The position numbers and the translations under genes were made by a program. Below the pieces are notes generated by a model that worked only from the letters and a program-made list of their open reading frames with translations, ran no database searches and was not told the origin of the DNA. Below, in pieces: positions 30,946-41,108 of a stretch of DNA of 64,000 nt. The stretch is taken from positions 48,100 to 112,099 of the forward strand of contig CAWHPI010000002.1 of NCBI GenBank assembly GCA_963831255.1. The letters run 5' to 3'. The stretch is from an uncultured beta proteobacterium (GTDB lineage: Bacteria; Pseudomonadota; Gammaproteobacteria; Burkholderiales; Burkholderiaceae_C). The stretch's first letter is position 1. Each line of letters starts with the position of its first letter.

Positions 30946-32121
30946 CTATTTTGAGAAACGGTACTGTTGCACAAAGAGCGCGATGGCGCCGGCCACCACG
31001 CCCCAGAAGGCCGAGCCCACGCCCCACAGTGTCACGCCGCTGAGCGTGACCAGAAAGGTGATGAGCGCGGCCTCGCGGTGTGTGTCTTCCTTGAGCGCGG
31101 CGTGCAGCCCGCCGCCAATGCTGCCCAGCAGGGCGATGCCGGCAATCGCCAGCACCAGCTCGCGCGGAAACGCCAGCAGCAGGCCGGTCACGGCTGCGCC
31201 AAACAGGCCGATCAGCACATACAGCGCGCCACAAGCCACGGCGGCGGTGTAGCGCTTGTCGCGCTCGGCGTGGGCTTCTTCCCCCATGCAGATGGCCGCG
31301 GTGATGGCGCTGAGGTTGAGCGCGAAGCCGCCAAAGGGCGCGAGCAGCAAGGTGGCCACGCCGGTCATGGTGATGATGCGGGAAATGGGCATCGCGTAAC
31401 CCGCCGCGCGGATCGCGGCCACGCCCGGCAGGTTTTGCGACGCCATGGTCACCACGAACAGCGGCAGCGCCAGGCTGACCATTGCCGCCAGGGTGAATTC
31501 AGGCGCCGTGAAAATCGGGCGGGCCAGCTCAAGCACCACCGTGCCCTGCTTGAACTGGCCGGCCAGCATCACATAAATCACGGACACCAGCAGCGTGATC
31601 GGCACCGCGTAGCGCGGCAGTGCGCGGCGCGCCAGCAAATAGGCCAGCAGCATCAGTGCCACCAGCGGCAGCGCGGTCTGCGCCGCCTCGAACGCCTGCA
31701 ACCCGAAGCGCGCCAGCACGCCGGCCAGCAGCGCCGAGGCGATCGCCACCGGAATGCGGTTCATCACCCGCTCAAACCAGCCGGTGGCGCCCACCAGAAT
31801 GATCAGCAGCGCGCAAGCCATGAACGCGCCCACCGCCTGCGCCATGGAGAAGCCGCCAGCCAGCCCGGCGGTGGCCAGCACCGCTGCACCCGGCGTGCTC
31901 CAGGCCACCATCACCGGCTGCTTGAGGATCAGCGAAGGAATCGCCGAACACAGCCCCATGCCCAGGCCCAGCGCCCACATCCACGAGGTGATGAGCTCGG
32001 GCGTGGCGCCAAAGGCCAGCGCCGCCTGAAACACGATGGCCACCGAGCTGGTGAAGCCCACCAGCACCGCCACAAAACCCGCTGTGGCGGCAGACAGATT
32101 CACATCACGAAAAAAAGACAT
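30946..32121 (-). CDS. benE: BenE family benzoate/H+ symporter
   Basis: AWSTPGAA, MASQNLPG, NLSAITAAIC, REAALITFLVT. Confidence 0.9.
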   Translation of the reverse strand: MSFFRDVNLSAATAGFVAVLVGFTSSVAIVFQAALAFGATPELITSWMWALGLGMGLCSAIPSLILKQPVMVAWSTPGAAVLATAGLAGGFSMAQAVGAFMACALLIILVGATGWFERVMNRIPVAIASALLAGVLARFGLQAFEAAQTALPLVALMLLAYLLARRALPRYAVPITLLVSVIYVMLAGQFKQGTVVLELARPIFTAPEFTLAAMVSLALPLFVVTMASQNLPGVAAIRAAGYAMPISRIITMTGVATLLLAPFGGFALNLSAITAAICMGEEAHAERDKRYTAAVACGALYVLIGLFGAAVTGLLLAFPRELVLAIAGIALLGSIGGGLHAALKEDTHREAALITFLVTLSGVTLWGVGSAFWGVVAGAIALFVQQYRFSK

Positions 32122-32203
32122 CGGGCGATTGTGCCGCGCTGGTTTCAAGGCCCGCCGCGCATGACGGTCGCGCAGCGCAAACGCCGGGTTCATGGCTCAG
32201 ATG

Positions 32204-33874
32204 TCAGGGCCCATTGCCCCAATCCATCTGCAGCAACTCCGCCTCGGTGCGGTAGAGCTTGAGCAGCGCGTGATCGTCCAGAAAACCCGCTGCCTTGAGC
32301 ACCTTTTCCACCGGCAGCTTCAGGCCCACCAGGTGCAGCGCAATGCCTTGCGCGTGGAGCTGGCTGAGCAGGGTGCCGAAGGTCTCGACGCCGGTGGCGT
32401 CGATCCAGTTGATCGGGTGGGCGATCAGCACCACGCGCCGGGTGTCGGGGTGGCGGGCGATGTGCAGCGTGATGCTGCGCTCCAGGTCGTTGGCGGTGGC
32501 GAAGTCGAGTGCGGCGTCCATGCGCAGCGCGTAGGTGTGGGGCCCGAGCACGGGCAGGTTCCACAGGTGGCGGTCGCGCAGGCTGCCGTCCGGGTGCAGA
32601 CCCACCTCGACAATGCGCGGGTGCAGCCGCATGTAGAGGAAGTGGCTGAGCGCCATCACCACACCGGTGATCACGCCCCAGTAAAGGCGCGGCGCCGAGG
32701 CCACGGTGACCGCGAAGGTGACCACCGCAATGCCGGCCTCCACACGCGACACTTTCCACACGCGCAGGAACTCCAGCGGCGCGATCAGGCCCTGCACCGC
32801 CGCCACCACGATCGCGGCCAGCACGGCCATCGGCACATGGTGCAGCGCCGGGGTGAACAGCAGCGCCAGCGCAACCACCACCACCGAAAAGATCACCGAC
32901 CAGCCGGTGCGCGCGCCAGCATAGCGGTTGAGCGCAGAGCGGGAAAACGAGGTGCTGGTGGGAAAAGCGCCGCTGAAGCCGGCCGCGATCTTGCCCAGGC
33001 CGTGGCCGATCAGGTCGCGCTCGCGGTTCCAGCGCTGGCCTTGTTCGCGGCTGTCGACCCGCGCGCTGGATGCGGTTTCCAGAAAGCTCACCAGGGTGAT
33101 CAGCAGCGTGGGCAGCAGCAACTGGCCGAGCACCTCCCAGCCCGGCCAGCCCGGCAAGGCCAGGCCAGGCAGGCCTTGCGGCAGATCGCCAATCACCGCG
33201 CCGCCGCGCCCCTCAAAGCCGCTCCAGGCGCTGATGGCCGAGGTCACCACCACCAGCAGCAACACGGTGGGCACGGTCTTGGGCAGGCGCCGGGCGAGCA
33301 GCAGCGCCGCGTAGGCGCCCAGGCCAAACGCCAGCGTGGGCAGGTGCAGCGCGGGTTGCGCCAGCAGGCTGGCCCAGCCACTGGCAAAGCCCAGCATGGC
33401 CGGCAGTTGCGAGCCGATGATGAGCACCGCTGCGCCCTGGGTGAAGGCCATCAGCACCGGCGCATTGACCAGGCTGAGCAGCCAGCCCGAGCGCAGGTAG
33501 CCCAGCGCAATCTGCAGCACGCCCGAGAGCAGCGCCAGCCACATCGCCAGCTCGATCCAGCGCGCGCTGCCGGGCGCGGCCAGACCGGTGAGCGAGGCGC
33601 TGACCATCAGACAGGTGAGCGCGGTTGGCCCCACCGAGAGCCGCGGCGAGGCGCTGAACAGCACCGCGATCAGCGCCGGCAGCATGGAGGCGTAGATGCC
33701 CGCGATCAGCGGCATGCCGGCCAGGCTGGCGTAGGCAATGCCTTGCGGCACCAGCATCAGCCCCACCGTGACGCCGGCCAGCGCTTCGTTCTTCAGCAAC
33801 GCGCCGTCGGGCCGCTGCCACAGCAAAAAGGGCAGCCAGGGGCTCAGCCGTTGCGCGAGGTTCTGGCGGTTCAT
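32204..33874 (-). CDS. SulP family anion transporter with STAS domain
   Basis: AGVTVGLMLVPQGIAYASLAG, GPTA, SFSRSA, STAS IDATG. Confidence 0.92.
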   Translation of the reverse strand: MNRQNLAQRLSPWLPFLLWQRPDGALLKNEALAGVTVGLMLVPQGIAYASLAGMPLIAGIYASMLPALIAVLFSASPRLSVGPTALTCLMVSASLTGLAAPGSARWIELAMWLALLSGVLQIALGYLRSGWLLSLVNAPVLMAFTQGAAVLIIGSQLPAMLGFASGWASLLAQPALHLPTLAFGLGAYAALLLARRLPKTVPTVLLLVVVTSAISAWSGFEGRGGAVIGDLPQGLPGLALPGWPGWEVLGQLLLPTLLITLVSFLETASSARVDSREQGQRWNRERDLIGHGLGKIAAGFSGAFPTSTSFSRSALNRYAGARTGWSVIFSVVVVALALLFTPALHHVPMAVLAAIVVAAVQGLIAPLEFLRVWKVSRVEAGIAVVTFAVTVASAPRLYWGVITGVVMALSHFLYMRLHPRIVEVGLHPDGSLRDRHLWNLPVLGPHTYALRMDAALDFATANDLERSITLHIARHPDTRRVVLIAHPINWIDATGVETFGTLLSQLHAQGIALHLVGLKLPVEKVLKAAGFLDDHALLKLYRTEAELLQMDWGNGP

Positions 33875-34008
33875 GCGGCGATGCTACGGCATGGCAGGGG
33901 GGCCGCCTTCGGCCCACGCTCGAACGCTGGTGCAGTTGTGGCAAGCTCGCCAACTGGTGTTCAGGCCTTGCGCGTTGCGGGGTGGTGGGCATCGTTCCCT
34001 GCGCCGCG

Positions 34009-35961
34009 ATGCAAAACAACCAGATCCTCATCCTTGCCATCCTCGCCGTCACGGTGGGCATGTTTCTTTGGGGCCGATGGCGCCACGACATGGTGGCCAT
34101 CGGCGCCCTGCTGGCCTGCGTGGTCACCGGCCTGCTGCCCGCGAGCGAGGCGTTCCTGGGCTTTGGGCATCCGGCCGTGGTGTCGGTGGCCTGTGTGCTG
34201 GTGCTCAGCCGCGGCCTGCAGCTCTCGGGCGCGGTCGATGTGCTGGCGCGCCACGCCTTGCCCAAAGACGCCGGCACCACGCTCAGCCTGCTGGCGCTGG
34301 TGGGGCTGGGCGCGCTGCTCTCGGGCTTCATGAACAACGTGGGCGCCATGGCGCTGTTGATGCCGCTGGCGATCCAGCTGGCGCGCCGGCTGGAAATGGC
34401 GCCCGGCCAGGTGCTGATGCCGCTGGCCTTCGGCACCATCCTGGGCGGCATGACGACGCTGATCGGCACGCCGCCCAACCTCATCGTCTCGGCGTTTCGG
34501 GCCCAGAGCGGAACCGGCAGCTTTGCCATGTTCGACTTCACGCCGGTGGGCCTGGCGGTGGCCGTGGCCGGGGTGGCTTTCGTGGCACTGATCGGCTGGC
34601 GGCTGGTGCCGGTGCGCAAGGAAGCGGGGCTGGAGGGTTTCGAGACCGGCGCCTACCTGACCGAAGCGCGGGTCATGGCCGAGAGCAAGTCGCTGGGCAA
34701 GACCTTGCGCGAGCTCGATCCGGTGCTCGACGAGGTGGGCGCGCAGGTGGTGGGCATGGCGCGCGACCACATGCGCGTGATCGCGCCGAACCCGGGCCGG
34801 CGCCTGCGCGAGGGCGACATTCTGGTGCTGGAGGCCGAGGCAGAGTCGCTCTCCAAGCTGCTCTCCGAACTCGGGCTCAAGCTGGAGGAGGCGGTGCGCC
34901 CGCCCGAACCTGCCCAGGACGACAAGGCAAGCGAAGGGAGCGAGCCCGAAGGCGCCACACCGAGGGCGCAGCCGGCGCGAAAAGACGCTGCGGATGCCCA
35001 ACCCGTGCACGCCAGCCAGCGCACCAACGAGATCAAAGAAGCCACCGACGGCGAGCAAGACAGCGAGAAGGAAAAAGTCAATGAAAAAGACGACGGCGCC
35101 TCGCGCGAGATCGTGCTGATGGAGCTCGCGGTGCGCCCCGGCTCGCTGCTGGAGGGCCGATCGGCCACCGACATCCAGCTGCGCAGCCGCTTCGGGCTGA
35201 ACCTGCTGGCGGTCTCGCGCCATGGCACGCGCGCGCTCAAGCGCCTGCGGATGATGGCGCTCAAGCCCGGCGACCTGCTGCTCATGCAGGGCCCGCCCGA
35301 CGCCATCAACGAGTTCGCCGCCGACATGGGCTGTGTGCCACTGGCGCCGCGCGCCTTGCAGATGCCCAGCGTGCGCAAGGCCTGGATCGCCAGCGCCATC
35401 ATGGTCGGCTCGGTCGGGGCGGCGGCGTTCGGGCTGCTGCCCACCGCGATCGCGTTTGCGCTCGGCGTGCTGGCCTCGATGGCGTTTCGCACCGTGCCGC
35501 TGCGCGCGGTGTACGACGCCGTCGACTGGCCGGTGATCATGTTGCTGGGCGCGCTGATTCCGGTGGCGGCGGTGATGGAGACCACCGGCACGGCCGATCT
35601 GATTGCCCGCGTGCTGCTGGAGGGTGTGGCGCAGGGCAGCCCGGTGGGCGCGCTGGTGCTGGTGTTGCTGGTCACCATGTTTCTGTCTGACCTGATCAAC
35701 AACGCCGCCACCGCCGCCGTGATGTGCCCGATCGCCATCGGCACCGCGACCGCCCTCGGGGTGAACGCCGACGCGTTCCTGATGGCGGTGGCCATTGGTG
35801 CGTCCTGCGCTTTCCTCACGCCGATTGGCCACCAGAACAACACGCTGATCCTCGGCCCTGGCGGGTTCCGCTTTGGCGACTACTGGCGCCTGGGGCTGGT
35901 GGTCGAGGTGATCGTGGTGGCCATCAGCGTGCCACTGCTGTTGTGGGTGTGGCCGCTGTGA
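34009..35961 (+). CDS. SLC13/CitMHS-type permease with two TrkA-C domains
   Basis: FMNNVGA, TLIGTPPN, INNAATAA, FLTPIGHQNN, GGFRFGDY. Confidence 0.9.
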   Translation: MQNNQILILAILAVTVGMFLWGRWRHDMVAIGALLACVVTGLLPASEAFLGFGHPAVVSVACVLVLSRGLQLSGAVDVLARHALPKDAGTTLSLLALVGLGALLSGFMNNVGAMALLMPLAIQLARRLEMAPGQVLMPLAFGTILGGMTTLIGTPPNLIVSAFRAQSGTGSFAMFDFTPVGLAVAVAGVAFVALIGWRLVPVRKEAGLEGFETGAYLTEARVMAESKSLGKTLRELDPVLDEVGAQVVGMARDHMRVIAPNPGRRLREGDILVLEAEAESLSKLLSELGLKLEEAVRPPEPAQDDKASEGSEPEGATPRAQPARKDAADAQPVHASQRTNEIKEATDGEQDSEKEKVNEKDDGASREIVLMELAVRPGSLLEGRSATDIQLRSRFGLNLLAVSRHGTRALKRLRMMALKPGDLLLMQGPPDAINEFAADMGCVPLAPRALQMPSVRKAWIASAIMVGSVGAAAFGLLPTAIAFALGVLASMAFRTVPLRAVYDAVDWPVIMLLGALIPVAAVMETTGTADLIARVLLEGVAQGSPVGALVLVLLVTMFLSDLINNAATAAVMCPIAIGTATALGVNADAFLMAVAIGASCAFLTPIGHQNNTLILGPGGFRFGDYWRLGLVVEVIVVAISVPLLLWVWPL

Positions 35962-37604
35962 ACAACACCAACCCCACCCCAGGCAGCAGCGCCGTGACCG
36001 ACAGCGAGCGCATCATCGAAGCGCTCGATCTGGGCCGCAACAAGCGCGTGCGCAAACTGCTCGCCGGCCTGCACCCGGCCAAGCTGGCGGCGCTGATCGA
36101 GCGGCTCGACGACGACCGCCGCGACGCCCTGTGGCAGCAGGTCGACGCCGCGCTGGCCGAGCGCATCCTGCCGCACCTGCGGGCACAGCCGCGCCAGCAG
36201 CTGCGCGCGATCGACGGCGAAGACCCGCCCGAGCCAGGCGATGCCGATGCCGCCAACGCCACCGAGGAGCACCCGCAAGGCCACCTGCAGGCGGTGCGCG
36301 AGGCACTGGCCGAAGGCCGTCTGAAGCGGGTGGGCAAGCTGCTGCATCGCACCCACCCGGCCAAGGTGGCCGGACTGCTGGAAGCGCTGCCGCGCGACGA
36401 GCGGCGCGCGGTCTGGAGCATGGTGGAGACCGACCGCGCCGGTCGCGTGCTCACCTACCTGCACGAAGAGATTTGCGCCGCGCTGGCTGCCGACCTGGAG
36501 CCCGGCGAACTCGCCGCCTCGGTGCAACACCTGCCGCTGGACGATCTGGTCGACCTGATCCAGCACCTGCCCAGCGCCCTCGGCGCACAGCTGCTGGGCT
36601 CCACCACCGGCCAGCGCCGCCAACAGCTCGACGCGCTGCTGTCTTACGACGAGGACAGCGCTGGCGGCCTGATGAACGCCGACACCATCGAGGTGCGCGC
36701 CGATGTGCGCGTGGGCACGGTGCTGCGTTACCTGCGCCTGCTCGAAGCGTTGCCGCCGCAGACCGACATGATCATGGTGGTGGACCGCGAGGGCCGGTAT
36801 GAGGGCGGTCTGGATCTGATCGCGCTGTTCACCGCCAACACCGAAACGCGCGTGGCCGACCTGATGCACACCGATGTGAAGGCCATTCCGGTCGACCTGC
36901 CTGCGGCCGAGGTCGGTCGCCTGTTTGGCGAGTTCGACCTGCTGTCGGCCCCGGTGATCGACGCCGAGGGCCGACTGGTGGGGCGCATCACGGGCGATGA
37001 CGTGGTTGACCTGATCCGCGAAGACGCCGACCGCACCGTCATGCAGATGGCCGGCCTGAACCAGGAGGCCGACATGTTCGGCCCCATCGTCGCCGGCTCG
37101 CGCAGCCGTGCGCTGTGGCTGGGCATCAATCTGCTCACGGCGCTGCTGGCCGCCGGGGTGATCAGCCGCTTTGAGGCCACGCTGGAGCAGCTGGTGGCGC
37201 TGGCCGTGCTCATGCCCATCGTGGCCAGCATGGGCGGCATCGCCGGCAGCCAGACGCTCACGCTGGTGATCCGCGGTCTGGCGCTGGGCCAGGTGCAGAC
37301 CGGCAACCTGCGCCTGCTGTTCAACCGCGAGATGGGCATCTCGGCCATCAACGGCGTGCTCTGGGCGGTGGTGATCGGAGCACTGGTCTATCTGTGGTTC
37401 GGCAATGCCATGCTGGGCGGCATCATCGGCGCGGCGATTCTGATCAACCTGCTCTGCGCCGCACTGGCTGGGCTGGGCATTCCGCTGCTGCTGCACCGAA
37501 TGGGGATCGACCCGGTGCTGGCGGGCGGCGTGATCCTGACCACGGTGACCGACGTGGTGGGCTTCTTCGCCTTCCTCGGCCTGGCCTCGCTGTGGCTGCT
37601 GTGA
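35958..37604 (+). CDS. mgtE: Magnesium transporter MgtE with duplicated N-terminal domain
   Basis: GTG overlaps upstream stop; EDSAGGLM, CBS pair, MPIVASMGGIAGSQ, TTVTDVVGFF. Confidence 0.92.
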   Translation: MNNTNPTPGSSAVTDSERIIEALDLGRNKRVRKLLAGLHPAKLAALIERLDDDRRDALWQQVDAALAERILPHLRAQPRQQLRAIDGEDPPEPGDADAANATEEHPQGHLQAVREALAEGRLKRVGKLLHRTHPAKVAGLLEALPRDERRAVWSMVETDRAGRVLTYLHEEICAALAADLEPGELAASVQHLPLDDLVDLIQHLPSALGAQLLGSTTGQRRQQLDALLSYDEDSAGGLMNADTIEVRADVRVGTVLRYLRLLEALPPQTDMIMVVDREGRYEGGLDLIALFTANTETRVADLMHTDVKAIPVDLPAAEVGRLFGEFDLLSAPVIDAEGRLVGRITGDDVVDLIREDADRTVMQMAGLNQEADMFGPIVAGSRSRALWLGINLLTALLAAGVISRFEATLEQLVALAVLMPIVASMGGIAGSQTLTLVIRGLALGQVQTGNLRLLFNREMGISAINGVLWAVVIGALVYLWFGNAMLGGIIGAAILINLLCAALAGLGIPLLLHRMGIDPVLAGGVILTTVTDVVGFFAFLGLASLWLL

Positions 37605-37628
37605 GCGGGGTGAGCCCGCTGCGTTGCG

Positions 37629-38956
37629 TCAGCGTTGCGGCATGTCCTTGGCGCCATAACCGAGGCTGACCGTTGCATCCTCGGGGATGGGCGGCAGGGT
37701 GGCGTTCCAGGCCAGCCACTGGTTGCGCATCTGGTTCAGGCGATCGGGCTCGCGCGCTGCGAGGTTGGCACGCTCGCGCTCGTCCGCCGGGATGTTGAAC
37801 AGGTACTCGTGGCCGTCGACCATCAGGTATTTCCAGTCGCCGTCGCGCAGCGCGCGCTGGCCGCGGTGCTTCATGCGCCAGTGCAGCGGGCGGTCGACCC
37901 GGTGGGCTGGGTCGCGCAGCAGCGCGCTGAGCGACACGCCATCGAGCGGGTGGTCCGGGTGCGGCTGCGCCGCCGCCTTCGGCCAGCAGGGTGGTCGACC
38001 AGTCCATGGTCATGCAGTGCTGGGCGCTGACGCCACCAGCGGGGATGACCGCGGGCCAGTGCGCGATCCAGGGCACGCGGATGCCGCCTTCGGTCAGGTC
38101 CATCTTGCCGCCCACCAGCGGCCAGTTGTCGGAGAAGCGCTCGCCGCCGTTGTCGCTGGTGAAGACGATCAGCGTGTTCTCCAGCAGGCCTTCGCTGCGC
38201 AGCGCGTCCACGATCCAGCCGATGCCCTCGTCCATGTGGTGAATCATCTGGCGGTAGCTGTGCAGGTTGCCGCCATCGAGGTGGAACAGGTTCTTCGCCA
38301 CCTCGGGCGCGATGTGCGCGTCGTCGCGCGTCTCCCACGGCCAGTGCGGCGCGGTGTAGTGCAGGCTGAGGAAAAACGGCTGACCCGCTCGCGCGTCGGC
38401 GGCGCGCTGGCGCACATGTTCCACCGAGCGTTTCGAGAACACGTCGGTCAGGTAGCCCACTTCCTTGTGCGTGTCCTCATCCAGAAACAGGTCGTGTTCG
38501 CCGGTGGTGGTGCAGTGGGTGAAGTAGTCCACGCCGCCGGCCATGATGCCGAAGAACGTCGTCGTAGCCCGAGCGCTGCGGGCCGAAGTGCGGCGGGTAG
38601 CCCAGGTGCCACTTGCCGATCAGCGCGGTGTGGTAGCCCGCGTCTTTCAGCAGGGACGGCAGGGTCGGCATCTCGGGCGGCAGGCCCAGCGTGGCGCTGC
38701 CCTTGCTGCGGCTGTTGATGGGCTCTTCCAGCGCGCCGCGCAAGCGGTACTGGTAGCGCATGGTCATGAGCGCAAACCGGGTCGGCGAACACACGGGCGA
38801 GTTGGCATAACCCTCGGTCAGCCGCAGCCCGCCGGCGGCCAGCGCGTCGATGTTCGGTGACACCGGCCCCTCGGGCCGCGGCCGCGCGCCGTAGCAGCCC
38901 AGGTCGGCAAAGCCCAGGTCGTCGGAGACGATGAAGATGATGTTGGGGCGGGTCAT
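37629..38956 (-). CDS. Type I (formylglycine-dependent) sulfatase (indels near 38555 and 37970)
   Basis: RPNIIFIVSDDLG, CSPTR, GKWHLG, FTSDNGG, EGGIRVP; no signal peptide. Confidence 0.92.
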
Positions 38957-39004
38957 GTCAGCGGTCAGATCGGGTGTCTCAGAACGATCGGTGGGCCACC
39001 GGTC

Positions 39005-39988
39005 TCATTGCGCCTTCATGCCGATGTTTCGCACGATCTCGCCGTAGCGGGTCGACATGGTGGCCAGCCGGCGCGCCGCGGCCTCGCCGGTGATGCCTTC
39101 GTAGAACATGTCCAGGTTCTTGAGCCGCTCCTTGGCCTCCGGTTGTTGCAAGGCGGAGGTGATGTTTTTCTGCAGGATGTCCATCACCGCATCCGGCGTG
39201 GCGGCGGGGGCCATCACCACGTACAGCACCTCGGTCTCCAGGCTCTTGAGTCCCAGTTCGGCCACGGTGGGCAGCTGAGGGGCGAGCTGGGAGCGCTTGG
39301 AACTGGTGACCGCCAGGGCGGTGATTTTGCCGGCCTGGACATGGGGCAGCATGCCCGGCGTGGCCAGGATGCCGCCATCGACTTCGCCCGCCAGCACGGC
39401 GGTCACGGCCGGGGTGTTGCCGCGGTAGGGAATGTGCGTGGTCTTGATCGGTGTGCTGTTGCTCAGCATGGCCACAGCCAGATGGCCCGGGCTGCCGTTG
39501 CCGCCCGAACTGAAGTTCAGCGATCGCTTGCGGCCCTCGCTCAGCAGATCGCCAAAGCGCTTGATGCCACTGGCCTGACTCATGCCCAGCAGCAGGCCCG
39601 ACGAGGCCATGATCATCACGGGCTTGAGATCGCCCGGCTTGAACGCCATGTTGTCGTAGATGTGCGGATTCACGGTGAAGGCCGTGTCGATGCCGACCAT
39701 CAGCGAGTAGCCATCGGCCGGGCTGCGCGCCACGTCGGTCGCGCCCACGTTGCCGCCAGCCCCGGCCTTGTTTTCCACCACGAAGGGCTGATTCAGCGTG
39801 CGTTGAAGGTACTCGCCGATGGTTCTGGCCAGCAGGTCGGCGGGCCCGCCGGCAGGGAAGTTGACGACCAGGCGGACCGGCTTGCTCGGGTAGGGGCTTT
39901 GCGCGGTGGCGGGCAGGGCAAGACCCAGGCCCAGGCTGAGGGTGGCGATGGCGCCCAGCAGGGGGCGACGGAGCAGGCGTGTGTTCAT
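39005..39988 (-). CDS. Bug family tripartite tricarboxylate transporter substrate-binding protein
   Basis: YPSKPVRLVVNFPAGGPAD, VENKAGAGG, HIPYRG. Confidence 0.92.
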   Translation of the reverse strand: MNTRLLRRPLLGAIATLSLGLGLALPATAQSPYPSKPVRLVVNFPAGGPADLLARTIGEYLQRTLNQPFVVENKAGAGGNVGATDVARSPADGYSLMVGIDTAFTVNPHIYDNMAFKPGDLKPVMIMASSGLLLGMSQASGIKRFGDLLSEGRKRSLNFSSGGNGSPGHLAVAMLSNSTPIKTTHIPYRGNTPAVTAVLAGEVDGGILATPGMLPHVQAGKITALAVTSSKRSQLAPQLPTVAELGLKSLETEVLYVVMAPAATPDAVMDILQKNITSALQQPEAKERLKNLDMFYEGITGEAAARRLATMSTRYGEIVRNIGMKAQ

Positions 39989-40015
39989 GCGTTTTCTCCT
40001 AAAAATGAACGGAAC

Positions 40016-40987
40016 TCAAGGCTGGAAGCCGGACTTCTGCACCACCGGTGCCCACTGGGCGCGGTAGGCGGTGAGCATGGCGCGGGTCTGGGCGGCGGTG
40101 CTGGACACCGGGTCGAGCTTGGCTTCGGTGAAGCGGCGCTGCGTGTCGGGGTCTTTCATCACCTCGGCGATGGCGGCCGACAGCTGGGCCACGCGCGCGG
40201 CGGGCATGGCGGCCGGTGCAAAAAAGGCGTTCCAGCCATCGGCGGCCAGTTTCAGGCCGGCTTCGTTGAAGGTGGGCGTGTTGGGGGCAAACGGCGAGCG
40301 CTGCTTGCCCGATGACGCCAGGATGCGCAGCTTGCCGCCGTCTTGTTGCGGCAGCAGCGTGTCCAGCGTGTCGAAGGCGACGGGGATCTGGCCGCCCAGC
40401 AAATCGTTCAGCAGCGGGCCCGAGCCCCGGTAGCCCACCACCTGGCCTTTCACATTGGCCTGCTCGGACACCATGAGCGCAAAAAAGTGCGGCAGGCTGC
40501 CGGTGGCGGGCACGCCAAAATTGGCTTTCTCCGGATTGGCACGCAGCCAGGCCAGCAGGTGGTTGAGCTCGCGCACCGGCACCGCGCTGCTGACGGCCAC
40601 CGCGAACTCGTACTGGCTCACGTGCGACACCGGCTGGTAGTCTTTTTCCGGGTCGTAGCCGGCGTCCTTGTAGATCAGGGGCGCGACCACCATGATGGCC
40701 GGGTTGGCCAGCATCAGCACGTTCTGGTCGGCCGGTGTGCTGCGCAACTGCTGCGCCGCCAGCCGGCCGCCCGCGCCGGCCTTGTTCTCCACGATCACCG
40801 GCACGCCCAGCTTGGGCGCGAGTTTCTCTGCCACCAGGCGGGCCACGCGATCGGACGAGCCGCCCGGCGCATACGGCACCACCAGGCGCAGGGTGCCGCC
40901 CTCCAGCGCCTGGGCGGCGGCAGGCAGGCTGGCGATGGCGCTGAGGGCGCCCAGGGCAGCGGCGAGCAGGGTGCGGCGAATGATCAT
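40016..40987 (-). CDS. Bug family substrate-binding protein
   Basis: LVVPYAPGGSSD, VENKAGAGG, GSLPHF, YRGSGP. Confidence 0.92.
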   Translation of the reverse strand: MIIRRTLLAAALGALSAIASLPAAAQALEGGTLRLVVPYAPGGSSDRVARLVAEKLAPKLGVPVIVENKAGAGGRLAAQQLRSTPADQNVLMLANPAIMVVAPLIYKDAGYDPEKDYQPVSHVSQYEFAVAVSSAVPVRELNHLLAWLRANPEKANFGVPATGSLPHFFALMVSEQANVKGQVVGYRGSGPLLNDLLGGQIPVAFDTLDTLLPQQDGGKLRILASSGKQRSPFAPNTPTFNEAGLKLAADGWNAFFAPAAMPAARVAQLSAAIAEVMKDPDTQRRFTEAKLDPVSSTAAQTRAMLTAYRAQWAPVVQKSGFQP

Positions 40988-41108
40988 GTTGGGTCTCCGG
41001 GTTGGGGCATGTCCTAGGTCTGCGCCCCATGCTAGGGAAAGACAATCAATTGCAGAAATCAATCAAGGCAGGTGTTTTCCCTGAGGGGTGCCTGCCCACT
41101 GGCCGCCC

